Positions 46,171-57,033 of a stretch of DNA of 64,000 bases are shown here, one piece after another. The notes beneath the pieces are model-generated. The model was not told the origin of the DNA and did not search any database. It saw only the letters and a program-made list of their open reading frames with translations. Positions within the stretch are counted from its first letter, which is position 1; each line of letters begins with the position of its first letter. The stretch covers positions 640,001 to 704,000 of the forward strand of contig CAWCLO010000004.1 of assembly GCA_963796455.1 (NCBI GenBank). The letters run 5' to 3'. A program made the position numbers and the translations under genes. The DNA is from Candidatus Sulfomarinibacteraceae bacterium (GTDB lineage Bacteria > Acidobacteriota > Thermoanaerobaculia > Thermoanaerobaculales > Sulfomarinibacteraceae).

Positions 46171-46328
46171 TGGGTGAGGGGTGGGTCTTCAACTTTGTTG
46201 CCGGTGACGAGGGCTCGATCGACCGGATCGACTTCGAGTCGGATGGTCTGACCATGATCGTGAAACGCGTTGGAGAATAGTCGGGGAACGGCCAGGGTGC
46301 GCCTCCAGGGTGCCAATGAATCTCTCGA

Positions 46329-46778
46329 CTATCGTTGGTTGCTGTTGTCCATGTCCGACATGATCATCCAGCGGCCGTCAGGGTCTTTATGCAAGGTGAG
46401 CGTGAACTTTCCGATATCGGGTTCGCCGCTGTGCCGCGAAAACCCTCCAATGATATAGCCCAGCGAACCTTCTGTCGCGAAAGCAAGTGCCCGGAGCACA
46501 AGCGCGCCGCCGCTATTTTTGTAGCGAAGTTCGATCTTTTTCCTGCCCCGGACCGGCGGCCTTCCACTCGAGAGGACAAAGCCATCTTCGGTGAAAAGGG
46601 CTGCAAGGGCTTTTTCGTCTTTGGCCCGCCAGGCTTCCTCGTAGTCAGTGAGAACGCGAGCGAGTTCCGGGGGGAGCGAGATCGTCGGCTCGGATGGTTC
46701 CTCTGCGCCACACACCGCGCCGCACCCGACCACCAAGGCCGCAGAAACGGCCACCAAAACCGGACCAACACTCTTCAT
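46329..46778 (-). CDS. DUF4440/SnoaL-like (NTF2 fold) secreted protein
   Basis: ALAALFTEDG, GKF and DGRWMI motifs. Confidence 0.8.
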   Translation of the reverse strand: MKSVGPVLVAVSAALVVGCGAVCGAEEPSEPTISLPPELARVLTDYEEAWRAKDEKALAALFTEDGFVLSSGRPPVRGRKKIELRYKNSGGALVLRALAFATEGSLGYIIGGFSRHSGEPDIGKFTLTLHKDPDGRWMIMSDMDNSNQR

Positions 46779-46873
46779 TTTTCCCCTCCGCCTCTTTCTC
46801 TACAGTGCCGCGGCGGCGCCGATGTGGGAACCGGAAAAGAGGGCGCCACACTCGAGTGGCACCCACGCAATTT

Positions 46874-47239
46874 CTAGCTTTCCACGTGGAAGAGTTTGTT
46901 GTAGATCCGCCACTGACCGTCGGTGTTGAGGAGCGACAGAGTGTCCAGGAAGGTCATGCCCAGGTAGTCGTCGCGCACCCGGGCGACTGCTGTCTTCCCG
47001 GCGATGTCGAGCGAGACGACTTCGAGCCGTGCGTTCTCCCCCTTCTCCCGGGGAGAGGGCTGCTGACTTTCCACGAAACCGGCGAAATCGACCACCGACA
47101 TCTCGTGCAGCTCGCCGTTGATCTCGCCGGTGATCTTGGCATTTGGATGGAATGCTGAGTGGGCCTTCTCGCCGCTCGACTCGAACATGGAGTCGAAGTA
47201 GGTCTGGATCGTGTCCTTGATTGCTTGCTCGTCGCTCAT
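46874..47239 (-). CDS. NTF2-like (lumazine-binding_2 type) protein
   Basis: YFD...AFHPNA and DTLSLL..DGQWRIYNK; GGAGG RBS. Confidence 0.82.
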   Translation of the reverse strand: MSDEQAIKDTIQTYFDSMFESSGEKAHSAFHPNAKITGEINGELHEMSVVDFAGFVESQQPSPREKGENARLEVVSLDIAGKTAVARVRDDYLGMTFLDTLSLLNTDGQWRIYNKLFHVES

Positions 47240-47386
47240 TTCTCACCTCCGGAATCGTGGATATTAATATTGTTGTTTTGTTTCGCAACCGACGAGAGCT
47301 GATGGGAATTCCCCAATCACCCAACCCGCACACCACATCTGAAGGTATGTACGTGGAATCCATGCGATCCAGGACAGAAAGGGTAT

Positions 47387-48521
47387 TCAGGTTCCGGTGA
47401 TTCGGCCCAGCGCCTCGGCCAAAGGTGCGACTGCGCGGTCCGAGTCGCCCAACTTCTCCAGGCCGAACAAGCCCACACGAAACGTGCGGAAATCGGACGG
47501 TTCATCGCACATCAACGGGACACCGGCTGCGATTTGCAGGCCCTGTGCAAGGAACTTGCTGCCGTTCTGGATTTCCGGATCGTCCGTGTAATAAACGACC
47601 ACACCTGGCGCCTGGTAGCCTTCGTCGGCAACACTTTTGAAGCCGTGGCTCTGCAGAAGCTCACGGACTTTCTTACCCAGTTCCCACTGTTTTTCACGCA
47701 TGGTTTCGAGCCCGTAGGAACAGGTCTCCATCATGTTGTCCCGAAACGTTTTCAGTGCGTCGGTTGGAAGTGTTGCATGGTAGGCATGTCCGCCGTTTTC
47801 ATAGGCTCGCATGATGTCGAGCCATTTCCGCAGGTCACAGGCGAAGCTGTTGCTGGTGGTTTTGCCAACTCGTTCCAGTGCGTTCTCGCCCAGCATGACG
47901 AGGGCACCGCATGGAGAGGAACTCCATCCTTTTTGAGGGGCGGTGATCAACACGTCAACACCGCTGGCTTTCATATCGACCCACACACAACCGGAAGCGA
48001 CACTATCAAGAACAAATAAACCACCATGTTCATGAACGGCTTCGGCAACGGCGCGGATGTATTCATCCGGCAGGATCATGCCCGAGGACGTGTCCACGTG
48101 CGGCGCAAAAACGACATCCGGTTTTTCGAGTCGGATCGTATCCGTCACTTCGCCGATGGCGGGTGGCACGAACGGCGCCTCTGGTCCGGCAGCCCTCTGC
48201 CGGGCCTGCAGAACGGTGAGTCTCGTCGGTGAGGCCGCCCATCTCAATGATCTGAGACCAGCGGAAACTGAAAAAACCATTTCGGATCACCAGGCACTTC
48301 TGACCGGTGGCGAACTGGCGGGCAACCGACTCCATCCCGTAGGTGCCGCCACCCGGCACGACGATCACAGCCTCAGCGTTGTAAACGTCCTTGAGGGTGG
48401 TTGAAATATCCCTCATCACCTGCTGGAAAGTCTGTGACATGTGGTTCAGGGAGCGGTCGGTGAACACGACCGAGTATTCGAGCAGTCCTTCCGGATCAAC
48501 CTCAGGCAACAAGCTGGTCAT
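47387..48521 (-). pseudogene. Class V aminotransferase (serine-pyruvate/alanine-glyoxylate type), frameshift near 48218
   Basis: LLEYSVVFTDRSLNHMS and PGGGTYGME in one frame; PHVDTSSG and the PLP-lysine motif ITAPQKGW in the next. Confidence 0.87.
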
Positions 48522-48811
48522 TCGCGGGTTCCTCCTTGAGTTTTCTGGGTGGTCAAACGCAATGATCTCTTCAGGTTCACCCAGGAAACGCGGTTCTTCA
48601 TCGCCAGTATTGTAGTGGTACCCGTGGGAAGCTGCCCGACGTTTTCGGGGCGCCCGCTGTTTTCGCCAGGGCACCGATGTTCGCTACCACCCTCGATCGT
48701 CGACCCCCACATTGGCCCTGCTCCGTTGTAATGTTGTGATCAGTGCCACCCGAGCATGGACAGTAACCTTTCGTTACCCGTCGGGTATGATCACCCCCAG
48801 GGAGAAAGTCC

Positions 48812-51541
48812 ATGGCCCAGTGTCCATCATGCTCGGCGGAAATACCGGAGAGTTCGAACAGCTGTCCGAGCTGCGGTGCGGATCTTGATCTCTCGTCGCT
48901 GATGACCGAGACCGGGCTCTCCCAGGATGGAGTCCCCACGCAACCGCCGACGCCGGGACCGCAATCAGGCCCCTCGGCCGTAGGAATCACGAGCGATCTC
49001 CAGGGAGACGGCGACGAGCACCAACCCGGCACCATTCTCGGCGGGAGGTACCGTGTGGTTGGATTGCTCGGGCGCGGCGGCATGGGTTCGGTATATCGGG
49101 CCGATGATCTCACCCTCGGGCAGCCGGTCGCGCTGAAGTTTCTTCCCGATGAACTGGCCGCCAATCTCGATCGTCTCGAGCGTTTCCGGGCCGAGGTCCG
49201 GGTCTCCCGCCAGGTGTCCCACGCCAACGTCTGCCGCGTTCACGACATCGGTGAAGCCGACGGCAAGATCTTTCTTTCCATGGAACTGGTGGATGGAGGA
49301 GATCTCTCGTCGCTGCTCAAGCGGGTCGGTCGCCTGCCCACCGATCGCGGTCTGGAGATCGCCCGCCAACTCTGCGCGGGGCTGGCGGCGGCGCACGACC
49401 GCGGTGTGCTTCACCGCGACCTCAAACCGGCCAACGTGATGATCGACGCAGAAGGTCGGGTTCGAATCGCCGACTTCGGGTTGGCGGGAATCGCCGGCGG
49501 GTTCGAAGGATCCGAGATTCAAAGCGGAACGCCCGCCTATATGGCCCCTGAAACCCTGAGTGGGCGAGAGGTCACCACCCGATCCGACATCTACGCTCTG
49601 GGGCTGGTCCTGTACGAGCTTTTCACGGGAGCCAGGGCTTTCCGCGGCGCGAGTATCGCCGAACTCACCAAAAAGCACACCGAAGAGTCGGCCACCGATC
49701 CAACCGCGATCATCGGCGATCTCGACCCTCAGATCGAACGCGTGATCCTGCAATGCCTCGAGAAGGACCCGCTGGCGAGGCCCGAATCCGCGTTGGCCGT
49801 GGCGATGGCGCTGCCCGGCGGCGACCCGCTGGCCGCGGCCCTGGCCGCCGGTGAAACTCCGTCTCCCGAACTGGTTGCCCAGGCGGGGGCCGAGGGAACC
49901 CTCAAACCCTGGCAAGGCTGGGCCCTCCTGGCCTCGGTTGTGGTCTCTCTTCTTGCGTTTGTCGCCGCCAGCTCGTACCGGCATATCCTTTTTTTCGAGC
50001 CCATGGATCGCCCACCCGAAGTGCAGCTCGATCGGGCCGTCGAGTTGCTGACCACTCTCGGACTCGATGTTCCGACCACCGATCGGATCACGGGCTTTTC
50101 AGCCGACTTCAATATCCTCCGCGAGATCAACAATGACGGGGCCTCGCCTGAAGAACTTGACGCGCTTTCCGAAGGTGAGATCTCGGTGATCGGGTTCTGG
50201 CTCAGGGCGGCGCCATCGGAATTGGTGGCCGAGCGCATCTCAGGTCGGGTGTCGAGGACGCGACCGGCGCGAAACATGGCCGGCGAGCTCTTCGCCTCAT
50301 TCGACAGCCACGGTCGACTGCGTTTTCTCGACGTCGTGCCCGACGAAATGATGGCGTCAGATGGCTCGTCCCCGATGAACACCACAGAGGAGGCCTGGCA
50401 GGGCGTGTTGGCAGCGGCGGGTCTCGATTCCCAGGCATTTGAAGAGTCGATACCGCTTTGGTCTCCGCCCCGGTTTATCGACGAGCTTCGCGCCTGGTCA
50501 TTGCGGGGAGTGGGAGAAGGGGATCTCGCCGTCAATCGGATCGAGGTCGGGAGTCGATCCGGACGACCGGTTTATCTGCGGACCGGAACCTCCCTCGACG
50601 AGGCGGTGGGCCGATCGGCCTCGACCCGCGGATCAGACCTCGGACAGGCATTGAATGCCGGGCTCATCGTGGTGGTTTTGATCGTCGGTGGCCTCATCGC
50701 GCGCCGGAACCTACGCCGCGGTCGAGGAGATTTGCGGGGGTCGTGGCGCATGGCGGGGTTCGTATTCGCCCTCGGAATGACAAGCTGGTTGGTCTCGGCT
50801 CACCATGCTTTCGGCGCCGGCAGGGAGTTGAATCTTTTTGTGCTCGCGGCGGGCGGTTCGTTGTTCATTGCGGGTTTTGTGTGGTTGCTCTACGTCGCTC
50901 TCGAACCCGAGGTCCGGCGGCATTGGCCCAAACGCCTCATCTCCTGGCAGCGTATGTTGGCCAGGAGCTATCGCGATCCCTTGGTAGGACGGCACGTGCT
51001 GGTGGGTCTTCTCATCGGAACCAGCATGAATCTGCTTGTTGCGTTGATTGCCATCGTCTCCTCGATGCTCAATACTTCAGCCCTCGAACTCAGCGCGTCC
51101 GGGATGGCTCACCTGACCGGAACCGGGTTCGTGGTCGGGTCGGTTCTGGCCCAGGCCGGCCAGGCGATCTTCGCCGGCGTCTTCATCACGGTACTCGTCC
51201 TTCTCGTGAGACTCGTCCTGCGTCGGACCTGGGCCGCGGTGGCATTGTCTGTAGCAATTATTGTCGCGATGAATGTGCTCGGGTCGGAGGACCCATTCTG
51301 GGACGGTTTGGCCTCGACGGTCATCCTCGCCGCGGTCATGGCTGCGCTCCTTCGTTTTGGTCTGCTTTCTCTGATTGCTGTCGTCTTTGTCGTCAACGTT
51401 CTCCAGGTCATCCCGCAGACTATATCCCTGTCGGCGTGGTATTTTCCGGCGACAGCGATTCCGGTGCTCGTCGTGCTGGCTCTCGCGGCAGCCGCGTTCG
51501 CGGCCTCCCTCGGCCGCCAGTCGTGGTTCGGCTCAGACTAG
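48812..51541 (+). CDS. Hanks-type Ser/Thr kinase with zinc-ribbon N-terminus and multi-TM C-terminus
   Basis: CPSC...CPSC; GRGGMG, VALK, HRDLKPAN, DFG and GTPAYMAPE motifs; many TM helices. Confidence 0.95.
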   Translation: MAQCPSCSAEIPESSNSCPSCGADLDLSSLMTETGLSQDGVPTQPPTPGPQSGPSAVGITSDLQGDGDEHQPGTILGGRYRVVGLLGRGGMGSVYRADDLTLGQPVALKFLPDELAANLDRLERFRAEVRVSRQVSHANVCRVHDIGEADGKIFLSMELVDGGDLSSLLKRVGRLPTDRGLEIARQLCAGLAAAHDRGVLHRDLKPANVMIDAEGRVRIADFGLAGIAGGFEGSEIQSGTPAYMAPETLSGREVTTRSDIYALGLVLYELFTGARAFRGASIAELTKKHTEESATDPTAIIGDLDPQIERVILQCLEKDPLARPESALAVAMALPGGDPLAAALAAGETPSPELVAQAGAEGTLKPWQGWALLASVVVSLLAFVAASSYRHILFFEPMDRPPEVQLDRAVELLTTLGLDVPTTDRITGFSADFNILREINNDGASPEELDALSEGEISVIGFWLRAAPSELVAERISGRVSRTRPARNMAGELFASFDSHGRLRFLDVVPDEMMASDGSSPMNTTEEAWQGVLAAAGLDSQAFEESIPLWSPPRFIDELRAWSLRGVGEGDLAVNRIEVGSRSGRPVYLRTGTSLDEAVGRSASTRGSDLGQALNAGLIVVVLIVGGLIARRNLRRGRGDLRGSWRMAGFVFALGMTSWLVSAHHAFGAGRELNLFVLAAGGSLFIAGFVWLLYVALEPEVRRHWPKRLISWQRMLARSYRDPLVGRHVLVGLLIGTSMNLLVALIAIVSSMLNTSALELSASGMAHLTGTGFVVGSVLAQAGQAIFAGVFITVLVLLVRLVLRRTWAAVALSVAIIVAMNVLGSEDPFWDGLASTVILAAVMAALLRFGLLSLIAVVFVVNVLQVIPQTISLSAWYFPATAIPVLVVLALAAAAFAASLGRQSWFGSD

Positions 51542-51621
51542 ATAGGGAGTGCCGCCCGAATCGACACGTGCTTTTTTCAGGACGGCACCATGGTGGAGCC
51601 AGAGCGCAGGCACCTCACGTA

Positions 51622-52704
51622 TCAGCGCACGGCGTCGAAAATGTGCGTGTAGAGGAATTCGATCGGAGCGTTCTGCTCCTGCCGGCCTCGGGCGCCGGCG
51701 GTGACCACGACGACCATGTCAAGCTCGGGTGCGACAAAGATGTACTGGCCCTTGAAGCCGAATGCGCCGTAGACATCCTGCGTGCCGCTACCCCCGGGAG
51801 CCGGGGGCAGTACCCACCACCAATAGCCGTAACCGACGACCCGGTCACGCTGACCCTCGAGCTCGACCTGTCGTGACAGTGAGTCTGCGACCCAGGAGGT
51901 AGGCAGGATTTGTTTGCCGTCCCAACGCCCCTTTTGCAGGTACAACAGCCCGAGCTTGGCCATGTCCTTGGAGCGGAGGTGCAAACCACCCCCGGTATGC
52001 GGGTGCCCCTCGGCGTTGCGATACCAGCGGCTCTGCTCGATTCCCATTGGCGCGAACAGGTATTTTTCAGCAAAGGCGTCGGCGTGCATGCCGGTGCGCT
52101 CTTTGAGGATCGCGGAGGTCAGGATCACCGCTCCCGAGTCATAGCGAAAGCTCGTTCCGGGCTCAGCGATCATGGGTCGATCGAGAATGAACTTCGTCCA
52201 TCCCCGGCTCAGGCGGTTGAGCTGAAAATGAGGGGAGTCCGAACCGCGCTCGTGATAGTCCGTGCCGCTGCGCATGGTCAGCAGATCTTCGAGAGTTATC
52301 TCTCGCTTGCGCTCATCCAGGTTTTCGATGTCGTCGATTTCGGGAAAGAAGGCCAGGGCCCTCTCGTCCACCCCCTCGATCTTGCCTTGGCTGATGGCGA
52401 TACCGACGAGGGCCGAGGTGAAACTCTTGCTGACCGATTGCTGCTCGTGAAGCTCCTCGGCGCCGTGCCCGTTGAAGTACTCCTCGAGCACGAGCCGCCC
52501 GTTGCGAACGATCAGCAGACTGTGAATGTTGCGGATCTCGTTCTTACGCAGAGCTGCGACGAGGTTGTCGAGGCGTTCGCCGTCCAGACTCTGCTCGGCG
52601 GGAGTCGAGCGGATCCAGGACTCGGTCGGCCGGGGTGACTCCCCGGAGGCAGGAATGCAGGCCGAACAAACCAGGACGACCAGCAGGATTGCGGATCGGA
52701 TCAT
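51622..52704 (-). CDS. Serine hydrolase, beta-lactamase/AmpC-like family, lipoprotein
   Basis: SVSK (SxxK), LLTMRSG, FRYDS and YGYWWW motifs; lipobox SAC. Confidence 0.92.
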   Translation of the reverse strand: MIRSAILLVVLVCSACIPASGESPRPTESWIRSTPAEQSLDGERLDNLVAALRKNEIRNIHSLLIVRNGRLVLEEYFNGHGAEELHEQQSVSKSFTSALVGIAISQGKIEGVDERALAFFPEIDDIENLDERKREITLEDLLTMRSGTDYHERGSDSPHFQLNRLSRGWTKFILDRPMIAEPGTSFRYDSGAVILTSAILKERTGMHADAFAEKYLFAPMGIEQSRWYRNAEGHPHTGGGLHLRSKDMAKLGLLYLQKGRWDGKQILPTSWVADSLSRQVELEGQRDRVVGYGYWWWVLPPAPGGSGTQDVYGAFGFKGQYIFVAPELDMVVVVTAGARGRQEQNAPIEFLYTHIFDAVR

Positions 52705-52875
52705 GATCAGAAGATACGGCCTAGGGCATCCTCGGGTTTACCTGGGTGTCACGATGGTGGCACCCAAACTTGCTCTGAAACCATTGACCGTCGTCTGAAG
52801 AGCATGGAATCGAATCCTCCGGGGTGTGTTAGTCTCCGCACGAAAACCTTCCAGAAGATGAGAACGGAGCCTGAA

Positions 52876-53904
52876 ATGAGAACTATTTCTAATTCTGGCC
52901 CTGGCGCCGGAGTCGCGGCGATCCTTGTTATCGGGGCGGTCGTTCTCAGTGTTTGCGGGTTTGCACGCGCTGCGGACATCTATCCGGACACGATGGACCT
53001 GGCAGCGGAGGGGTTCTCGCTTCGCAACGCTTCGTTCCTCGTGTCGCTGGTGGAGGTCGCCGGGCAGAATGACGCAGGTCGGATCCAAACGCAGCTGGCT
53101 GCGGTAGGGTTTGTTCGTTCAACCTTGATCAAGGGCAGAGTCCTCCATTGTGTTCTCGCAGAGCACGAGGACTATCTGGTGTTGGCGTTCAGGGGCTCGA
53201 CGACGATGCAGGATTGGCTGACCGATCTCAAGTTCACCCAGTCGAAAAGCAAGCGCACCGGTTTGCCCGGTAAGGTCCACCGTGGTTTTTACAAGTCTCT
53301 GGACCAGGAATGGCCGCGTCTCTCGGATCTTCTGAAACATGCCGGTGAAAGTGGCAAGCCCATCTGGATCACCGGCCACAGCCTCGGCGGAGGGCTCGCA
53401 CATCTCGCCGCCATGCGGGCCGCGCAGGAGGGAATCGGGGTGGCCGGAGTTTACACCTTCGCATCACCGAGGGTGGGCAACGACACCTTCGCCTCAGCGT
53501 ACGATCGGGTCTACCGCGGCCGGTCATTTCGGGTCGTCAACTCCAACGACCTTGTCCCCCACGTGCCGCCCAGCCAGCCCGCCGAGGGAGTCTTCGGCCG
53601 CATCGTCGCACCGGTCGGAGACACCCTCGAGCTCAAGATGGCGGTCAAAGGCGCGTTCATGATGGTCCACTACACCCATGCTGGAGACCTCTATCTCTTC
53701 GAAGACACGGGCGCATTCGCCGGGAGGCGAGCCTACTCTGACCGAAGCGATGTCGGCTACTGGCAGCGAGTCGAGTCAGAATACGGCGATGGATCGTGGC
53801 TGGTCCTCGTGGACGACCAGGGAAAGATCGCGAGGAACCATTTCCTGGCTGCCTACATCAAGGTCCTTCACGAAGCGGCGCGAACCGCAGACAACACCGG
53901 TTGA
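52876..53904 (+). CDS. Lipase class 3 family protein
   Basis: AFRGS, VHRGF, GHSLGG, FASPRVG and DLVPHVP motifs. Confidence 0.92.
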   Translation: MRTISNSGPGAGVAAILVIGAVVLSVCGFARAADIYPDTMDLAAEGFSLRNASFLVSLVEVAGQNDAGRIQTQLAAVGFVRSTLIKGRVLHCVLAEHEDYLVLAFRGSTTMQDWLTDLKFTQSKSKRTGLPGKVHRGFYKSLDQEWPRLSDLLKHAGESGKPIWITGHSLGGGLAHLAAMRAAQEGIGVAGVYTFASPRVGNDTFASAYDRVYRGRSFRVVNSNDLVPHVPPSQPAEGVFGRIVAPVGDTLELKMAVKGAFMMVHYTHAGDLYLFEDTGAFAGRRAYSDRSDVGYWQRVESEYGDGSWLVLVDDQGKIARNHFLAAYIKVLHEAARTADNTG

Positions 53905-54336
53905 CGGCTGAACGCGAAGCTCTTGCACCACGTATGCACCAATGAACGCATCACCGATGACGGGACGATACGGCGCATTGAGACATTGCACCGGAGTGGA
54001 GTTCGGAGTGGCGTGTGCAGGTTGGCGTTGGTGCAGTCGCGAGGTCGTCGGGCGGATCTGGTCGCTGCCGCTGATTGCTGAATACTGATCGCTGTTCCCC
54101 GTCTCTGATCCCTGTCGCTGCCCCTGGACTCTGTCGCTGCCGCTGCAATTCGGACGCGGACGCCGAGGGGGGGCGTGCAACCGCCAACTGGATATGGCAA
54201 AAACCAACCCGTAGACCACGTGCTGTCAGGTGGGAAATTTCATGACGTTCTGTTTTGGACAGCACTGATCGCGGATACTCGATTTCCCGAAAGGGTGGTA
54301 TCCAGGATCCAGCATCGAGCATCGAGTATCTAGTGT

Positions 54337-55734
54337 CTACGAATGCAGCGCCCGCTTGTCCACTGCCAACGCCGCTTCCTTGACCACCTCGGAGAGCGTC
54401 GGATGGGCGTGGCAGGTCCGTGCGAGGTCTTCGGCCGAGGCGGAAAACTCCATTGCTATCGCAGCCTCTGCGATGAGTTCGGAAACTCTCGGCCCGACCA
54501 TGTGCACGCCGAGAATCCGATCTGTCTCCTTGTCCGCGAGGATCTTGACCATTCCAGTGAGTTGACCGAGGCTCTTGGCGCGGCCGTTGGCGCGGAACTG
54601 GAAGCGCCCGGTATTGAACTTCAGGCCGGCGTCTTTGAGTTCGGCCTCGGTGCGACCGACCATCGCCAACTCCGGTTCCGTGTAGACCACGTTCGGGATT
54701 ACATCGTAGTTGACGTGGCCGGGCATGCCGGCAATCTTTTCAGCCACAGCAACGCCCTCGTCCTCGGCTTTGTGGGCGAGCATGGGACCGCGGACGAGAT
54801 CGCCGATCGCCCAGATGCCGTCGATATTGGTTTTGAGGTCGTCGTCGACGGCGACCCGGCCATGCTCATCCAGGGCGACCCCGACCTCTTCGAGACCGGT
54901 GCCCTCGGTGCATGGACGACGTCCGACCGCTACCAGGACCCGGTCGGCGTTGATCTCTTCCGATCCGCCCTTGGCGTCTTCGATGGTCAGCTTGATGGTC
55001 TTTTTGAGGACCTTGCCGGCGGTGACCTTGCATGACAACCTGATGTCCATGCCCTGATCGGTCAGGGCCCGTTGCAGGGCGTTGGCCATCTGCTTGTCGG
55101 CGAAGGGCGTGATGGTCGGCAGCATCTCGATGACGGTGACTTCCGAGCCCAGTCGCCGCCAGACGCTTCCGAGTTCGAGACCGACCGCCCCGGCGCCGAT
55201 GACAACCAGTTTCTTCGGCACCTTGGCAAAATCAAGAGCCTCGGTCGACGACACCACCGATTGGCCGTCAAAGGGCAGAAAGGGCAGTTCGACGGCTTGA
55301 CTCCCCATTGCGAGACAGATGTTCTTGGCCGTGATCTCGGTGTCACCGCCGTCTCCGGTGACCGTTACTCGACCGGGTGCGGTCACGACGCCCCGGCCGT
55401 GCAGAACAACTACCTTGTTCTTCTTCATCAGCATCGCGACGCCGTCGGTCAAATCTTTGACGATGCCGCCCTTGCGGGCGAGCATGGCGGTGAGATCCAG
55501 GGCAATGTCACCGAGCATGACGCCATGCTCGGCCGCATGCTTGCGGGTCGTTTCATAGAGCTCTGATGACTCGAGGAGCGCCTTCGAAGGGATACAGCCG
55601 ATATTGAGGCAGGTGCCGCCGAGGGCGCTGCGCTTTTCGACCAGAGCGGTTTTGAGCCCGAGTTGGGCGGCCCGGATCGCGCAGACATAGCCGCCGGGCC
55701 CGGCACCGATGACGATCAGATCGTAAGAATCCAC
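54337..55734 (-). CDS. lpdA: Dihydrolipoamide dehydrogenase (E3)
   Basis: GGTCLNIGCIPSK, MLAHKA and HPTLSE motifs; GTG start. Confidence 0.97.
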   Translation of the reverse strand: MDSYDLIVIGAGPGGYVCAIRAAQLGLKTALVEKRSALGGTCLNIGCIPSKALLESSELYETTRKHAAEHGVMLGDIALDLTAMLARKGGIVKDLTDGVAMLMKKNKVVVLHGRGVVTAPGRVTVTGDGGDTEITAKNICLAMGSQAVELPFLPFDGQSVVSSTEALDFAKVPKKLVVIGAGAVGLELGSVWRRLGSEVTVIEMLPTITPFADKQMANALQRALTDQGMDIRLSCKVTAGKVLKKTIKLTIEDAKGGSEEINADRVLVAVGRRPCTEGTGLEEVGVALDEHGRVAVDDDLKTNIDGIWAIGDLVRGPMLAHKAEDEGVAVAEKIAGMPGHVNYDVIPNVVYTEPELAMVGRTEAELKDAGLKFNTGRFQFRANGRAKSLGQLTGMVKILADKETDRILGVHMVGPRVSELIAEAAIAMEFSASAEDLARTCHAHPTLSEVVKEAALAVDKRALHS

Positions 55735-55736
55735 TC

Positions 55737-57011
55737 TTAAATCTCCAACAACATCCGGTCCGGATCCTCGATGCACTCGACGATTCGCTTGAGAAAGGTG
55801 ACGGCCTCGCGTCCGTCAATGATTCGGTGGTCGTAGGACATGGCCAGGTACATCATCGGCCGAATCACGATTTCGTCATCGACCACGACCGGGCGTTTTT
55901 TGATTGAGTGCATCCCGAGGATGGCGCTGCCCGGTGGATTGAGGATCGGGGTTGATTGCAGCGAGCCGAAGACGCCACCGTTGGAAATCGTGAAGACCGC
56001 CCCCGAAAGATCCGAAAGCTCGAGTCGCCGCTCTTTCGCGCGGGTCGCCAGATCTGCAATGCTCGACTCGATCTGGGCCATCGAGAGACGATCGGCGTCA
56101 CGAACAACCGGTACAACCAGGCCTTTGTCGGAGCTGACGGCAACGCCGATGTCGTAGTAGTGGTTGGTGACAATCTCGTCGCCGTCGATATAGGCGTTGA
56201 CCGCCGGCACGGTTTTGAGTGCGTTGACGGTTGCCTTGACAAAAAAGGACATGAATCCGAGCCCAACGCCGTGTTGCTGTTTGAAGTCTTCCTTGTATTG
56301 ACTGCGGAGATTCATGACCCGGCTCATGTCGACCTCGTTGAACGTGGTCAGAATAGCCGCAGTCTGCTGCACGTCCACCAACCGTTCGGCGAGGCGCTGA
56401 CGGAGCCTCGACATCGGCGATCGTGTCTGCCGTTGATCGGGCAGAGCGACCGGTTGTGGTGGCGGAGTCGCGGGTTTGGGGGGAGCCGCTGCGCTGGGCA
56501 CCGCGACCGGTGCCGTGGCGGGTGCGACCGGTTCGTGGCTGTCGAGATAACGGATCACGTCGCCCTTCAGCAAACGCCCGTCCTTGCCGGTGCCTTCAAT
56601 CAGTTTTGGATCCAGGTGGTGTTCGAGGACCAGACGCTGAACCGCAGGTGAAAGCCCGGAGACATCGATCGGCGGCTGCGAGTCTGCGCCGACATCGGTG
56701 GTGGCGACTTCCTCGGTTTTTGCCGCCACGTCGGCAGCCGTCTCTTCAGGCGGTGCCGGACCGGCTGCCGCGGTGGCATCGGTGTCGATGGTGGCTACCA
56801 CCTGCCCGACCTCGACGGTCTCACCCTCGGCAACCTGGATCTCGAGGCGGCCGGCATGCTCGGCATTGATCGTCATGGTGATTTTATCGGTCTCGAGGAC
56901 CAATAGAGGATCCTCCACCGAGACCACCGCACCGTCGGTCTGGGACCACTCGGCGAGGAAACCCTCGGTGATCGATTCGCCGATCTCAGGAATTTTGACT
57001 TCGACCGCCAT
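55737..57011 (-). CDS. sucB: 2-oxoglutarate dehydrogenase E2 (dihydrolipoamide succinyltransferase)
   Basis: Lipoyl [19 protein letters not shown] and SYDHRIIDG motifs. Confidence 0.97.
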   Translation of the reverse strand: MAVEVKIPEIGESITEGFLAEWSQTDGAVVSVEDPLLVLETDKITMTINAEHAGRLEIQVAEGETVEVGQVVATIDTDATAAAGPAPPEETAADVAAKTEEVATTDVGADSQPPIDVSGLSPAVQRLVLEHHLDPKLIEGTGKDGRLLKGDVIRYLDSHEPVAPATAPVAVPSAAAPPKPATPPPQPVALPDQRQTRSPMSRLRQRLAERLVDVQQTAAILTTFNEVDMSRVMNLRSQYKEDFKQQHGVGLGFMSFFVKATVNALKTVPAVNAYIDGDEIVTNHYYDIGVAVSSDKGLVVPVVRDADRLSMAQIESSIADLATRAKERRLELSDLSGAVFTISNGGVFGSLQSTPILNPPGSAILGMHSIKKRPVVVDDEIVIRPMMYLAMSYDHRIIDGREAVTFLKRIVECIEDPDRMLLEI

Positions 57012-57033
57012 CTGCAGAGCTCCTTGGGTGCTG

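Noticed and set aside
51622..52704. A true beta-lactamase resistance gene
   Set aside because: The motifs fit the broad serine hydrolase family; there is no class-specific KTG motif or other evidence.
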